A stretch of DNA of 64,000 nt from Glaucostegus cemiculus. Taxonomy: Eukaryota. Each line of letters begins with the position of its first letter. Position 1 is the stretch's first letter. This document shows positions 51,903 through 64,000 of the stretch, piece after piece. The notes under the pieces are model-generated. The model saw nothing but the letters and a program-made list of their open reading frames with translations. It searched no databases and was not told the DNA's origin. Made by a program: the position numbers and the translations under genes. The stretch covers positions 4,774,001 through 4,838,000 of the forward strand of contig CDPCPM010000353.1 in assembly GCA_976551045.1 (NCBI GenBank), in the 5' to 3' direction.

Positions 51903-52211
51903 TGGGCGGCATGGTAACATAGCAGGTAGCGTAATGCGATTACAGCACCAGCGACCTGGGTTCAATTCCCATTGCTGCTTGTAAGGAGTTTGCACGTTCT
52001 CCCTGTGTCTGCGTGGGTTTCCTCCGGGTGCTCCGGTTTCCTCCCACATCCCAAAGATGTACAGGTTAGGAGTTGTGGACGTGCTATGTTGGCGCCGGAA
52101 GAGTGGCGACACTTGCGGACTGCCCCCAGCACATTCTCAATAACACAAAAAGACGTATTTCACTGTGTGTTTTGATGTACATGTGACTATTAAATAAATA
52201 TCCTATATCTT
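51903..52211 (+). mobile_element. V-SINE, same subfamily as 14684-14977
   Basis: GGTTCAATTCC B box, full V-domain, tail GTACATGTGACTATTAAATAAA. A 3'-half copy lies at ~36570-36728. Confidence 0.85.
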
Positions 52212-52516
52212 CTGCAATCTCACCAGTCCCATTCCCCCTCCTTATTTCCGTATAGCCTTGTATCTTGTTCTTTATCACATGCCCATCCATGTCCTTTGAT
52301 GCTTTTGCCACTTATCTACACCAAGAGGTAATATACAGCAGGCAATTAACCTCCCAGCACCACTTTGGGATGTCGGAGGAAATTGAAGAGCTTGGCAGAA
52401 ACCATGGTCACACAGGGAGAATGTGCAAACTCCAGACAGACAAACAGACAGGTCAGGATCCAACCCAAGTCCCTGGAGTCACGAAGCAGCGGTACCAACT
52501 GCGGCCCCACTGTGTC

Positions 52517-52946
52517 ATCAGAATCAGCTCAGAATCAGTTTTATTGTCACAACCATATACATACATAGTATGCATAGGAGCAAGATACCGTCCTCCTCAG
52601 GTGCTCGTCCCATAAAAAAAGAATAACATAACAACCAACAGAGAGACACATACACACTTGGCAGAATACACAGTACAAAACGTTACACATTAGAAGCTAT
52701 GGAGATTGAAATTGAATTATTACACAGATTAAATTAAAAATGGCCAGTAAATAAATAAATAGTTCTTAAAGTGAACGGGCTGGTGTCGGCATTTAAAGTG
52801 CTGGTGCATTTCTGTGCACCTAGCATCTCTTAGTGTTAACAAAGGAAGATGGAGGGATGAGTGAGTTTGCAGTTCTGATGGCTTGTGGAAAGAAGCTATT
52901 GCTCAGCCTGGACGTTCTTGCCCTGATACATTTAAGCCTCCTCCCT
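52517..52946 (-). mobile_element. Rex1/Babar 3' fragment (more divergent)
   Basis: TCAGAATCAGTTTTATTGTCAC tail; GGTGCATTTCTGTGCACCTAGCAT and GAAGCTATTG shared with the 41.5-42.1 kb copy. Confidence 0.8.
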
Positions 52947-53699
52947 CATGTATCGCCTACTAAAGCACAGCCTGCAATGGTCAGGTTAAGTAATGCAAGT
53001 ATCTGACGAATGAAACCTGAAACAGATCCTTTATGGTCCATTGTGAATCTGGAAATGATTTTGCATTAGGTAACAAAACAGGTCGAAAAGAGCACTTAAG
53101 CAAAGTGAAACTTTGTGCAAAACAGGCACTCATAAATATGAACAACTTGCTCAAGAAAACATCGTGAGAAATCATTCATGAAGTCATCTCCTGTCACGTG
53201 CTCCAGTGCCTGGTGTATTGTTGCTGAAAAGAATAGCTGAGAAAACTTCTACTGTACAATAAGCAAGCCATTATATTCTTTTTTTTTTCTCTGAGGTGTT
53301 TTTCTAACATCTTTTTAATGCAATGTGCTAGTCACTTCAATTAGAGCTTCAATAGGGAAATGCAGGAAATATTCAACAGGTCAAGCAGCAGCTGTGTAAA
53401 GAGAAACAGAGTCAGGTAGATGAAGTTTCATCAAAACTCATGTGGGATCCAGTTTTCAATCTGTTGTTGCTTTTTCTGAATTAAAATAGGTCTCAAAGGT
53501 CATCAGAGAACATACTGCAAAATGAAATGATATTTCAGGTATCTCCTTCAATAGTATAGAACAAAAGACAATGAAAAAGTAAATGCTTGAAATTGTTGGT
53601 CTCATTATTACGACTACACAGAGGAGAACCATTCAACCCAATAGGTCCAATTGATTGCTACTAATAGTACAGATTCAAAATTGAGAATCAGAAAAGGGA

Positions 53700-54560
53700 T
53701 TACAAATAAAAACTCAAAATATTCCTCAAGTCAGACAGACTCCTTTGTCGAGAGAGAGCTGATGTTTCGGGTTGATGACCTTTTATCCGAACAGGGAGAA
53801 GTTCAGGGATTTAAGCAAGTGCAGGGAAGTGAAAGGGGGTGGTGGCTTGTGACTGGATAGAAAGTAGGAGCCCACCAAAGACAAAGGGCTGCTGGTGCAA
53901 GGCAAAACAAGTCCATATGGGACAATCAAAGGGAAGCAAAATTAGACCCAACCAGATCCTCCAAAGCAGAGCTGTATTGGAGTAGAGGTAAAAATAATTT
54001 GCACCCCAGCTTGAAAAAGATGGGAAAGCAGAACTGATCAGATGGCTTTGCAAGGGACAGGTATGGATTTGCTGGGGTAAATGGCCTCTTTCTCTGCCAT
54101 TAGCAATTCTATGATTAACCATGACTACTGTTCAGAAAAAAGGAAGCTTTGGTTACAACCTGAAATTTGTTGAACTCTGTGTTTAATACTGAAAGCTGCT
54201 GGATATCTAAAGGAAAGATGAGATGCAATTCCACAAGCTATGATGAGTACATTACGGAGGCATACAAAGAGCAGTGAACTCTGTTTCACCCAAAAGGCAG
54301 AGAATGATTGATTGAACTCAGAGGATGGTGTGCTGCAAGACAAGGGCAAGGAGAACTATATCCTGGTTCTTGGAAGGAGAGCAAGGGTTGAGATCAGAAG
54401 TACAGGAAATGAAAGGAACACAGTCAAGGTGCCTCCTAACCAGAATGGAGGGGAATCCACAGTTGAGCATTGCTAAGACAGGCAGTAAGGTTCTCGTTTT
54501 TCTCTTTCCACAGCTCCTGCCTTATCTGCTGACTATTTCTATATTTTTATTTCCCATATC
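53700..54560 (-). mobile_element. Older Penelope-like element 3' end
   Basis: Minus strand LVELHLIFPLDIQQLSVLNTEFNKF (~54160-54240), cf. LEEQHLIFRLGxLQPxGxNxEF; terminal-repeat motif at ~53720-53795. Confidence 0.6.
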
Positions 54561-56154
54561 TGCAGTATTCTTCTTTTGTGTCAGAAAACTGTTGTTATTT
54601 TGACATCTGGAGTAAGAAAATACAATGATATTTTGGAATCAAAGATTGTTCATCCAGAGACTAACTCTGAAGGGTTAATTTTTTCAATCATTTCACAATG
54701 CAGAGATGCTCAATGCATCACAACTCATTTTTGTGTTTGTTCTATAAAAGTTTGACAAGCGTGGAATACTGTAAATGTTGTCAGTTTAAAAACAAATTGT
54801 TGATTTTTCTTTTCTCTTTGACATTATTATTTTGTTTTGTTCCCTCCCCAAATCTCCATCTCTCTCCTCCTCTTCTGTCCTCTAAGATGCAGTTTAAAAC
54901 CCATGTCTTTGTCTGAATGAACTCTCCTTTGGTTCACTTTCTCAGGAGAAGCCTTGGCCACATATGCTTTGCAATGCCACTAAATATGACATCCAGGCTT
55001 CGGGGAATGAGTTGACTACCTTAAAATTGTTTTATAAGTACAAGGGCTCCCCTTTTCTGAACAATGTCACAAGATGCGAGAGGGCAAATGCTGTTTAACC
55101 ATTATTCCAACAAAAAAGGCACCTTTGATGATATAATATTCCCTCAGTGATGTTAATCTCTGGAATAGGATTTGAAATAATAATCTTCAGGAAGTGAATG
55201 ACAGTTCCATAAATAAAATCTTTGACTGTGGATTTTTAAAGGTAACAAATTATTTTGAAAGCATTTTCTTTTTTACTATATCCCCTTAAAGACACATATT
55301 TTGATCCTAGTTGATTTTTGTTCAATAATGCCAACAGCAAATTCTCAGACATCTGCCCCATTCTCTATGTAGCTGTGATCCGCTCTTCTCAGGAGAAGCC
55401 TGTGGTTACATTTGTTTTGCAATCCCACTCTGTTGCTTTGGAGATCCAGCTCATTAAAGATTTTGCCTTGCCTTCAATGTACCCAGGGGTTGTTGAGAAG
55501 CTTGAATGGATAAGAAGCTGTGTATTGCTCTTCTCTAGCTTTGGAGCCATGCCCTGTTGTCCTTTGGGAGTAGATGTTGCTTGAACGTCAATGTGTACCA
55601 ATATGACTAAGCCATGCAGACAAGCTCTTCAGGAGTACAGTGGATGATTTAATTATTTGTCCCCTTCTTCCTTGGTGAAGACCGCAGACTGAGCTATACT
55701 ATTAAAGGCAGAACATATTATCAATTCATCTTGGTTAACGTCAGTGGCTGTGCTGCTAATTATCAGGCCCAAGAACTGCAGAGGCAACTCCCTGCTGTGG
55801 CCATCAGCAGATGTGATGACATTTCAGAAAAGTGGGCAGCATAAGGGACTTCAAGGAAACTCTAAGGCCAGAATCATCTTCTGAAGAAGAGTGATTGCTA
55901 TTATATGTGTCAGATATTAATGTAGTCATATTTCCATGTATGAGGAATCCAAAGCAAGAAGTGATTGACATGAGATGTTCACTGACAAACAGGAATTTCA
56001 ATTTGACTCCTTTTAGAGGGTTGTGTCAAACACACAGATATCATTCACATTAAACTATATCGACACATTAGTTATATTAAATCAACGTTACTGGGCAGAG
56101 CCTATGCACTGATCGCCCCTCTTCTCTCTCCTCATCCTTGTACATGCCCAGGTA

Positions 56155-56575
56155 GATTAGTAATTGGTTTATTATTGTCACATGTACCAAAAAGCTCTTG
56201 TTTGTGTGCTATCCAGACAGATCATTTCAAACATAAATACATCGAGGTAGAAATGGAGAATATGGTGTTCCATTTGCAGAGAAAGTGCAGTGCAGGTAGA
56301 CAAATAAAGTGACAAGGTAAATTGGGAGATCAAGAGTTCTTTATCTTTTTCATATGAGGTCTGTTCCAAGAGTGTTACAACAGTGGGATAGAAGCTGTCC
56401 TTGAGCCTGGTGATACATGCTCTCAAGCTTTTGTATCTTCTGCCGATGGGAGGGGGGAGAAGAGAGAAGGGCTGATGTGGGAGGGGTGGTTGATCATGTT
56501 GGCTGATTCTTCGAGGCAACGGGAAGAGTAGACAGAGTCAATGGAGGGGCAGCTGGTTTTCGTGATAGACAGGGG
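56155..56575 (-). mobile_element. Rex1-like 3' fragment
   Basis: ORF 56178-56519 contains GRRYKSLRACITRLKDSFYPTV; same 3' UTR as the 29993-30328 copy. Confidence 0.8.
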
Positions 56576-57314
56576 AGCATTCACAACTCCCCACAATTTC
56601 TTGTGGTCACTCAGGAGACTCTTCTTTACCTGGAGAGTGGTTAGAATATGGAGCTCACTGCTAACAATAGTGGAGATGAATGGCACAGATGTACCTTCAG
56701 AGAGGCTGCTTAGATACATGAGTGAGAAAGGACTTGAAAGAACATGTTAGTAGTGTGAAAGAAAGTAAGGTAGGAGGTGGTCAAGAAGGCTCACATGGAG
56801 AATAAGCACCAGCATAAAGCTGTTGTGCTGCTCTTTCAGTGCAGTGAATTTTATGAATGACACATTTTAACATAATAGATCCATTTTGATGTCATACTTG
56901 CCGAAATTCTAATGGAATCGCACACTGCAACAAAGTGTAACCCTGGCAACAGAACGTTACCACTATATCTAATTATTTGACATTGTGACTGAAGGCGAGA
57001 GCAGCTACTGCCGATAATGGACCCTTTCCGTTTCATGTATCCAGCAGTGTGTAGGACTGATTAGGTAGAAAGCAGAGGCTCTGCCCTGCACCATTATGGG
57101 AAGAGCAACACCTTCTGCGCAAGTGTGCTGTTGCTGCTTTGTCTGTCTGACTGAACCCAATTGAAGATGCTTGCAACAAAGAAAAACAAAAGATACTGTA
57201 CTCTCTGGGCACTTGGTAATGGCACTGATAATAGGTGGCTCACCACAAAGCCTGTCCAGTCTTTACACCCTGTCAGCCTCCAGAAATCAGAGAAATACTA
57301 GTAAGTGCTGGAAG

Positions 57315-58405
57315 CATATTAGTCGAGGCATTGGGTTCAAGAGTCAGGAAGTTATGTTGCAGACTTATAAAACTCTGGTTAGGCTGGATTCCTGGGATGA
57401 AAAAGTTTACATATGATGAGCGACTGTCGTCACTTGGACTGTACTCATTGGAGTACAGAAGAATGAGAGGGGACCTAATAGAAATGTACAAGATGTTGAA
57501 AGGAATGGACAAAGTGAATGTGGTCAAGCTGTTTCCCTTGGTGGGGCAATCCAGGACTAGAGGACACAACTTTAGAATTAGAGGAAGCAGGTTCAAAACA
57601 GAGATAAGGAGGAATTTCTTTAGCCAGAGGGTGGTGAACCTGTGGAACTCCTTACCACAGAAAGCAGTGGAAGCCAGATCATTGGGGATATTCAAGAAGG
57701 AAATAGATAGATATCTAATTGGTCAAGGTATCAAGGGATATGGAGATAAGGCAGGGATTTGGACTTAGAATAGGTTTTTATTTTTATTTTTTCTCTTATC
57801 CTCTTTTTTCCCCACCCTCCCTTCCCTTTGGAGCAGACTCGATGGGTCGACTGGCCTGCTTCTGCTCCATTATCTTGTGATCTTGTGATCTTGTATCTGA
57901 AGCATTGCATTCAGTTCTGGTTGCCCTATTATAGGAAGGATGTGGAGGCTTTGGAGAGGGCGCAGAAGAAGTTCACTGGGATGCTGTCTGGATTAGAGGG
58001 TATGAGCTACAAGGAGAGGTTGGACAGACTTGGGTCGCTTTCTCTGGAGTAGCAGAGGAGTAGGGAGACCCTACAAGATCCTGAGAGGCATAGCTGGAGT
58101 AGACAGCCCAACATCTTTCTCCCAGGGTCAAGATAAGATGAGGGGGAAAGTTCAAAGGAGATGCATGGGGCAAGTTTTTTTTTACATAGAGGCGGGTGGG
58201 TGCCTGGAAGGCTCTGCTAGGGGGTGGGTGGTGTTGGAGGCAGATACAACAGAAGAATTTAAGTGGCTCTTAGATAGGCACCTGAATATGCAGAGAATGG
58301 AGGAATATGGATCATGTGCAGGCAGAAGGGATTGGCTGTCATTAACTTAATTATTTTGGTACAACATTGTAGGCCAAAGGGCCGATTCCTGTGCTGTGCT
58401 GTTTA
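57315..58405 (+). mobile_element. Older CR1 fragment interrupted by a younger CR1 (57387-57893)
   Basis: Outer reads ISRGIGFKSQEVMLQTYKTLVRL / YLKHCIQFWLPYYRKDVEALER; inner reads IPGMKKFTYDERL...GIKGYGDKAG with (TCTTGTGA)n tail. Confidence 0.88.
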
Positions 58406-59039
58406 ATGTACTACATTTTCATTGAGGCACAATAATAAGAAAGAGAAGAGAACAGATGGTGTAAGGGTCGAAGAACTACAACCAACTGGCCTTGCAGGTA
58501 CATGGCAGTGACAGTGAGGAAAACTGAAGTGATTCTTGGAAGAAACTTGGGAGCTGGAGGGAGAAACAAAACACACATTCCTGCCTTCAGAAGCCTCAAG
58601 AAAATCTGGCTCTTTGACATTTCCTTTGGTCATCAACCCCAATCCTTGCTCCAGGTCTGAGCCTCCATCCTTTACCCAACGTTGGTTTTGTTACAGCAGA
58701 GACACTGGATCAAATTATGACCTTCCTGTTTTCCCTTTCCTTTCCCTTTCGGATGGAGATCTGACATCCATGCTTGTCATGAGGATGGTTCACTTGTGAG
58801 AAAAAACAATCGTTCATTTGCAAATGACAGAAACATTTTACAGATACTCTATATGTACATGTACTCAAGAAAGTTTGTATTTAACACAAGCCCCCAATGA
58901 GAAAGACCAGTGTCCTATCCAAGGTGTTACTGAATACCTTCCAGTGTAATGTCTAACACTGCACCATAGGTTCTCTTTGTCCTGGAGTCATTGGAATTCA
59001 TCACACACATAGAATTTAAAGCTCATTCTACCCAAATGG

Positions 59040-59580
59040 TAGAAACATAGAAAGACCTGCAGCACAATTTGGGCCCTTTGGCCCACAAAGCTGTGTCGAA
59101 CATGTCCCTACCCTAGAAATTACTGGGCATTCCCATAGCCCTCTATTTCTCTCATCTTCATGTATGTATCGAACAGTGTCTTAAAAGACCCTGTGGTATC
59201 AGCCTCCACCACAGTTGCCGGCAGCCCATTCCACACACTCACCACTCTCTGAGTAAAAAACTTTTCCCTGACTTCTCCTCTATACCTACTCCCCAGCACC
59301 TTAAACCTATGTCCTCTTGTGGCCACCATTTCAGCCCCGGAGAAAAGCCTCTAACTATCCACCCGATCAATGCCTCTTATCATCTTATACACCTCTGTCA
59401 GGTCCCCCCTCATCCTCTGTCGCTCCAAAGAGAAAAGGCCGAGTTCCCTCAACCTGCTTTCATAAGGCACGCTCCCCAATCCAGGCAGCATCCTCATAAG
59501 TCTCCTCTGCACCCATCTCTATGGCTTCCACATCCTTCTTGCAGTGGGGCAACCAGAACTGAGCACAGTACTCCAAGTGG
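59040..59580 (-). mobile_element. CR1 3' fragment, same subfamily as 39395-41471
   Basis: ORF 59120-59329 MVATRGHRFKVLGSRYRG...IEGYG; near-identical 3' UTR and CTATG tail. Confidence 0.9.
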
Positions 59581-61289
59581 GCTATGATAATGTTTATGTT
59601 CTATGATAATATTTACATTTTATACATCTCCCCTCTATCTTACTCTATCATCATATTTTTTAACTCCTTCCTTCCCTATGTATTTATCTAGTTACCTCAA
59701 TGCTACTTACCTCAATTTTTCCTCAACTATTCCATTTGATAGCAACTGCTCTCTGGATAAAGAAGTTTTGCAAAAGGTGGTTTCTGGATTTTTTATTGAC
59801 TCTTATATATTATTGTCCCTGGGTTTGGACTACCCCATTAGTAGAAACACCTGTTCCACACCTACTCTACTGAAACTGTTCTCAGATTTAAGGACTCACC
59901 ACTCCTTTCTTGAGACAAGAATCCCAACCTGTCTTGTCTTTCAGCATCATTAAGGATATGTGATATAATCATTATTGGGCAAGCTGTCCCTTTATGTAAT
60001 CTTGGAACCTATCTTTAAATTAAATTCTGGGTGTTGGTCACACGAAAAAAGTTATGTCTTGTTTCAGAAGTACATCCATTAATTTGGTGTTGTCATCGTG
60101 ATGGCAACTGTTACAGGGAAGTTTAATCCAATGAAACCAAGTGCTTCAAGATTTGATTGCTGCCCAGTTATAAAAGGTTGCAGGAAGACCTCACTCTTGT
60201 ACGGTAACAGTAATTGGGTCAGCTTCCTCATTTTTTGTGCTGCTTTCAATCAGCGCAGTAAAAGCCGGTTGACTCTAGTGTTAAATGGCAGATTGGGGTG
60301 ACTCAGAGCTTGACATATGTCATGACTGAAGTTAGATTATTTGCAGCAATGATATCCAGGAAATGCATTGGAGATTGTAGAATATTTAACCATCAGTTTG
60401 TTGTCAGTGGTGGTGATGCCAATCAACAGATGCTTTATCTACATGCACGTACCTAATTGGCCGAGAAGTGGGTTATGACTTCCTGAGAGAGTTTGCTCCA
60501 CTATGAGGGAACAGCTTTGTACTGTTTCTGTGCAGCCTCATGCTCGAATGAACAGACTTGTGTCGCATTCATTAGCTGCAGAATCTTGGCAGGAAATGAA
60601 AATCTCACATTCAGCTGCAGGATAGGAATGCTTGACTTAAAATAAAAATCATGATTTAAAGAAAGGAATGCAGTTTGGAATTTATCTTGTCCCTTGCTCC
60701 CCTGAAGACTCTGGTCTTGGCACAGCTGTTATTGGGAGAATGGTCAAATGTGAGGTACCCTGATATTCAGGCATTGGTCACTTGCGTGAGGCTGCTGAAA
60801 GATGTGGCTTTACTGAGTTTTTTCCCATCGGTTTCTTGAAGCCAAACTGATCTCTTGGGAGAAGCCTCAAATCAGCTGTAAGCTCCTTGTCATGCACACA
60901 CCGAAGGACTAATACCCATTACAGACCTGAAGCTTGGATGCTGAATTTTGGGCAAATAAGACACAGATTTCCTGCCCACTATGTTTGCGTATAACAGATC
61001 ACAGTTCCATTTTCAGTCTATTGATTCTCATGGGCTTCATATTCATTGACATTTACTCCCAACAGCATGGAATCAAACATGGATAATGATCTTTTATTTG
61101 AATATTGTGGCATTGAAGACAGCCCCAGTCACAAACCCACAGTTTGTGTTTACATACGTTACTAATATTTTATTATTGTACATTATTTTGTTGTCATTCA
61201 TTATCCTGACTCTGAGCTAGGAAAGCAAAGAATTATCCTTTGTCTGCATACATGTTAAAGGATAATTTTTTTGTCCGCAATGGTCATCT

Positions 61290-61970
61290 GGTGCTCCCAG
61301 TTGGCAGACTTTTTAATTCCCCTTCGCATTCCCACACCCACCTGTCCTTGGCCTCCATCATCACCAGGGTGAGGCCAAATTCAAACTAGAGGAATAGCTC
61401 CTCCTATTCTGCCTCAGTCGTCTACGTCCTGATGGCATGAACATTGGATTCTCCATTTTCAGGTAACCTGCTCCACCTCTGACCCTTACTCCTTCTGATG
61501 CACACACACTTCATTCCAAGCCCTTCTTCCAGACTCCTGTCTCCACCTTCTCCACCTACTCCATCTGCCCATCATCCACTCACTCCTCCCTACTGTTCCC
61601 ATCCACCCATCCTACCTCTCTTATTTGGTTCCATGCTTCACCTTCCTTTCCGATCAGACTCCACCTTCTGCAGCCCTTTGTTGACTCTCAGACTGTTGTA
61701 ATTTTTACCCATCCCTCCCCCACCTGAGTCCATCTGCCAATCACCCCTCCTCACCCGAGCCCACCTATCGCTTGTCAGCTCTTGCCCTATCCCTCCCCCT
61801 CACCTCTTTATACTGACTATCTCCCCTCTGCTCTTTCAGTCCAAATGAAGAGTCTCAATCCAAAACGTCAACTGTCCATTTCCCTCCACAGACACTGCCT
61901 GACCCACTGATTGCCTCGAGCAGCTTGCTTTTCACTCCAGATTCCAGTAGCTGCAGTCTTTTGTGTCTCT
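61290..61970 (+). mobile_element. Penelope-like element 3' end (GIY-YIG C-terminus plus pseudo-LTR)
   Basis: Translates LGLHHHQGEAKFKLEE*LLLFCLSRLRPDGMNIGFSIFR*, matching the Penelope endonuclease end; followed by a C-rich tract and terminal repeat. Confidence 0.8.
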
Positions 61971-64000
61971 ATTACTTTGTCCTCCTAGGTCAGGGACATT
62001 CAAGCTAATTGCCAGGATTTCACTATGGTACCCAATTGAAATTGGCTGCATCCATCTGGCGTTCAACTGTGGGACCATCGTGGTCACTTCAGAAGTTTTT
62101 AAAGGTGCATTTAAATCGCAAATGCTGTCTGGTAGCAAACCTAGTTTCACTTCACATCAAAGATAAAGCTGGAGCACTAATCTGGACCTTAGCCTGACCC
62201 AGGGAGAAACATTGCGAGATATCAGGAGCAGCTTACCTTGTGCTGTGACACTGTATTGAATGTAACTTTCTTGTTGTGACAAACTAGGTTTAAAAACATT
62301 GCTCAGTGATATACATTCAGTCTTGCATCAATAGTCTTTAGAGTCAGTTGTCTCGAAGGGTAGGAGTTGTGTAGAGATTATGTTATCTGATATAAAATTG
62401 CTCCAAGGGGCCAAACTGAGTTCTAGAGCATGAGAGTCCAAATCACACCATGTCAGTTTAATGTGAGCAGTGTCAGAGAAATCAGTAAACATGTGACCAA
62501 GATGGATCGGTGACCAGAGGGCACAGGTTTAAGGTAAATAGGAAAAGCACCAAAGGTGAAATGATGCAGTGAGTTGTGACGCAGGATACATTGCCTGAAA
62601 GGGCAGTGGAGGGAAGTTCAATAGAAACTTTCCAAAAAAAATAGGATGAATATATGAAGAGGGAAATAAAGGAGTGCTGTGTGGAAGGAACAAGGATGTC
62701 ACTAGATGGTATTTCCAAAAAGCCAGCAGATGTATGAGCTGAATGGTCAAATGTTGTAAATTGAATTAATTTATCATCACGCTCACACATGACTCCAATC
62801 CTGAATCATCATCAAACTGCGCAGTTGTTTCAAATTGCTCAACGAGATTGTGGGAGCATCAGACCACATGCACTGCATTATCCAGCTTCTCAGAGCAAAC
62901 AGCGATGGGTAATATAAATGCTGTCCTTGCGTGTCAGAGCACATCTTGAGAATGGATACTCCATAAAAGAATTAACTACATCACTACAGATTGGATAGAG
63001 ACTGTTTTTTCTAATGGGTGCAGTACATAGCAGAGGGGAAGGCTTTATTATCCGATCAAATGAAAAAAATATAAATGCTTTAGTTTTGTGAATCAACGAA
63101 AACAAAAGACCAAGCTCAGGAGAAAAGTGAATGAATGCAGATTGGATTACTACATGGGACAGAAGTAGTCTGATCCAAGTTCAAAAGTACACACCTATTC
63201 AGTGTTGTACCTTGTCAGCAGGAATTCAGTTCCAATCACTCAACACACATGAATATGTTTTGTGGCTTTGAAGCTTTTGGAATGTTTGGACCAATTGAGG
63301 TTTCAAATAAACCCACAGACCAACAGCATGAGATGAGCATCATTTAAGAAGTGGTTAAATGGGAATGAGCTACAAAGCTCATTCCCTTCAGCAAATTAAA
63401 AAATATAATCCCCCTTCAGAAGTTTGAACATTAACCTTATGTGTGAAGGTATGTGAGCTGAAAGCAAAATGTGGCCGACTGATGATATTACAACGCAAAA
63501 CCTTAGTTATTGAAAAGCCGTACTTAATGCTCAGTCATGCCTTAGAAGCAGGAGGAGGGATCCCAGTCTCTGAACATCCAGTAGCATTGAAACAGAAGGT
63601 CATTCAGAACCTGGAGGCTATTTTACAATTCAATTAAATCATGGCTGATCTGCATCTTAACTTCAGCAACTTGTCTTGATTCCCTAATCTTTATTACCCC
63701 TGTTGAACAAAAAACAGTACCAATATTTCAAGGCTCAGTCTCAATAACATTGTGCTTGGAGAGTTCCAAATTTCAGTTAGGCTTTGTCTGACATCATATC
63801 AAAATGACCTGGCTCCATGTTTAATGTTAGATACCCTTTGGTGAATTCTCCTACCAAATAGTTTCTACTTAGTTTACTAAGTATTTTAATCACTTAAGAA
63901 AGCCTCTATCTGAACATCCTTTCAGTTGCTATACTCTTGGAAATAAAAGTGCACTCTTTGGCATACTTTAACCTTTTGTCTGTTGGCATCAGTTTGATGA

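Overview
Vertebrate nuclear DNA, very probably a cartilaginous fish (shark/ray), inferred from the repeat set: CR1, Rex1/Babar, Tx1-type L1, RTE, L2-like and Penelope retroelements plus V-SINE and DeuSINE-like SINEs. I recognise no cellular protein-coding gene; every ORF I can identify is a decayed retrotransposon ORF2/RT/GIY-YIG fragment. The clearest host feature is a CpG-rich promoter at ~33.06-33.36 kb with two back-to-back ZNF143/THAP11 (ACTACAnnTCCC) motifs and minus-strand splice donors. On the minus strand it is followed by a ~1.2 kb G-rich tandem repeat and several exon-like segments with no obvious coding capacity (lncRNA or multi-exon 5'UTR). Most interesting signals: decayed minimal hammerhead-ribozyme motifs in Penelope terminal repeats, a young solo LTR packed with ETS/CRE/YY1 sites, two inverted Rex copies sharing sequence beyond the tail, V-SINEs with two different LINE tails, and a candidate recursive splice site. 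I found no convincing new multi-gene system. Repeat boundaries are approximate and family names come from recalled motifs, not a database search.
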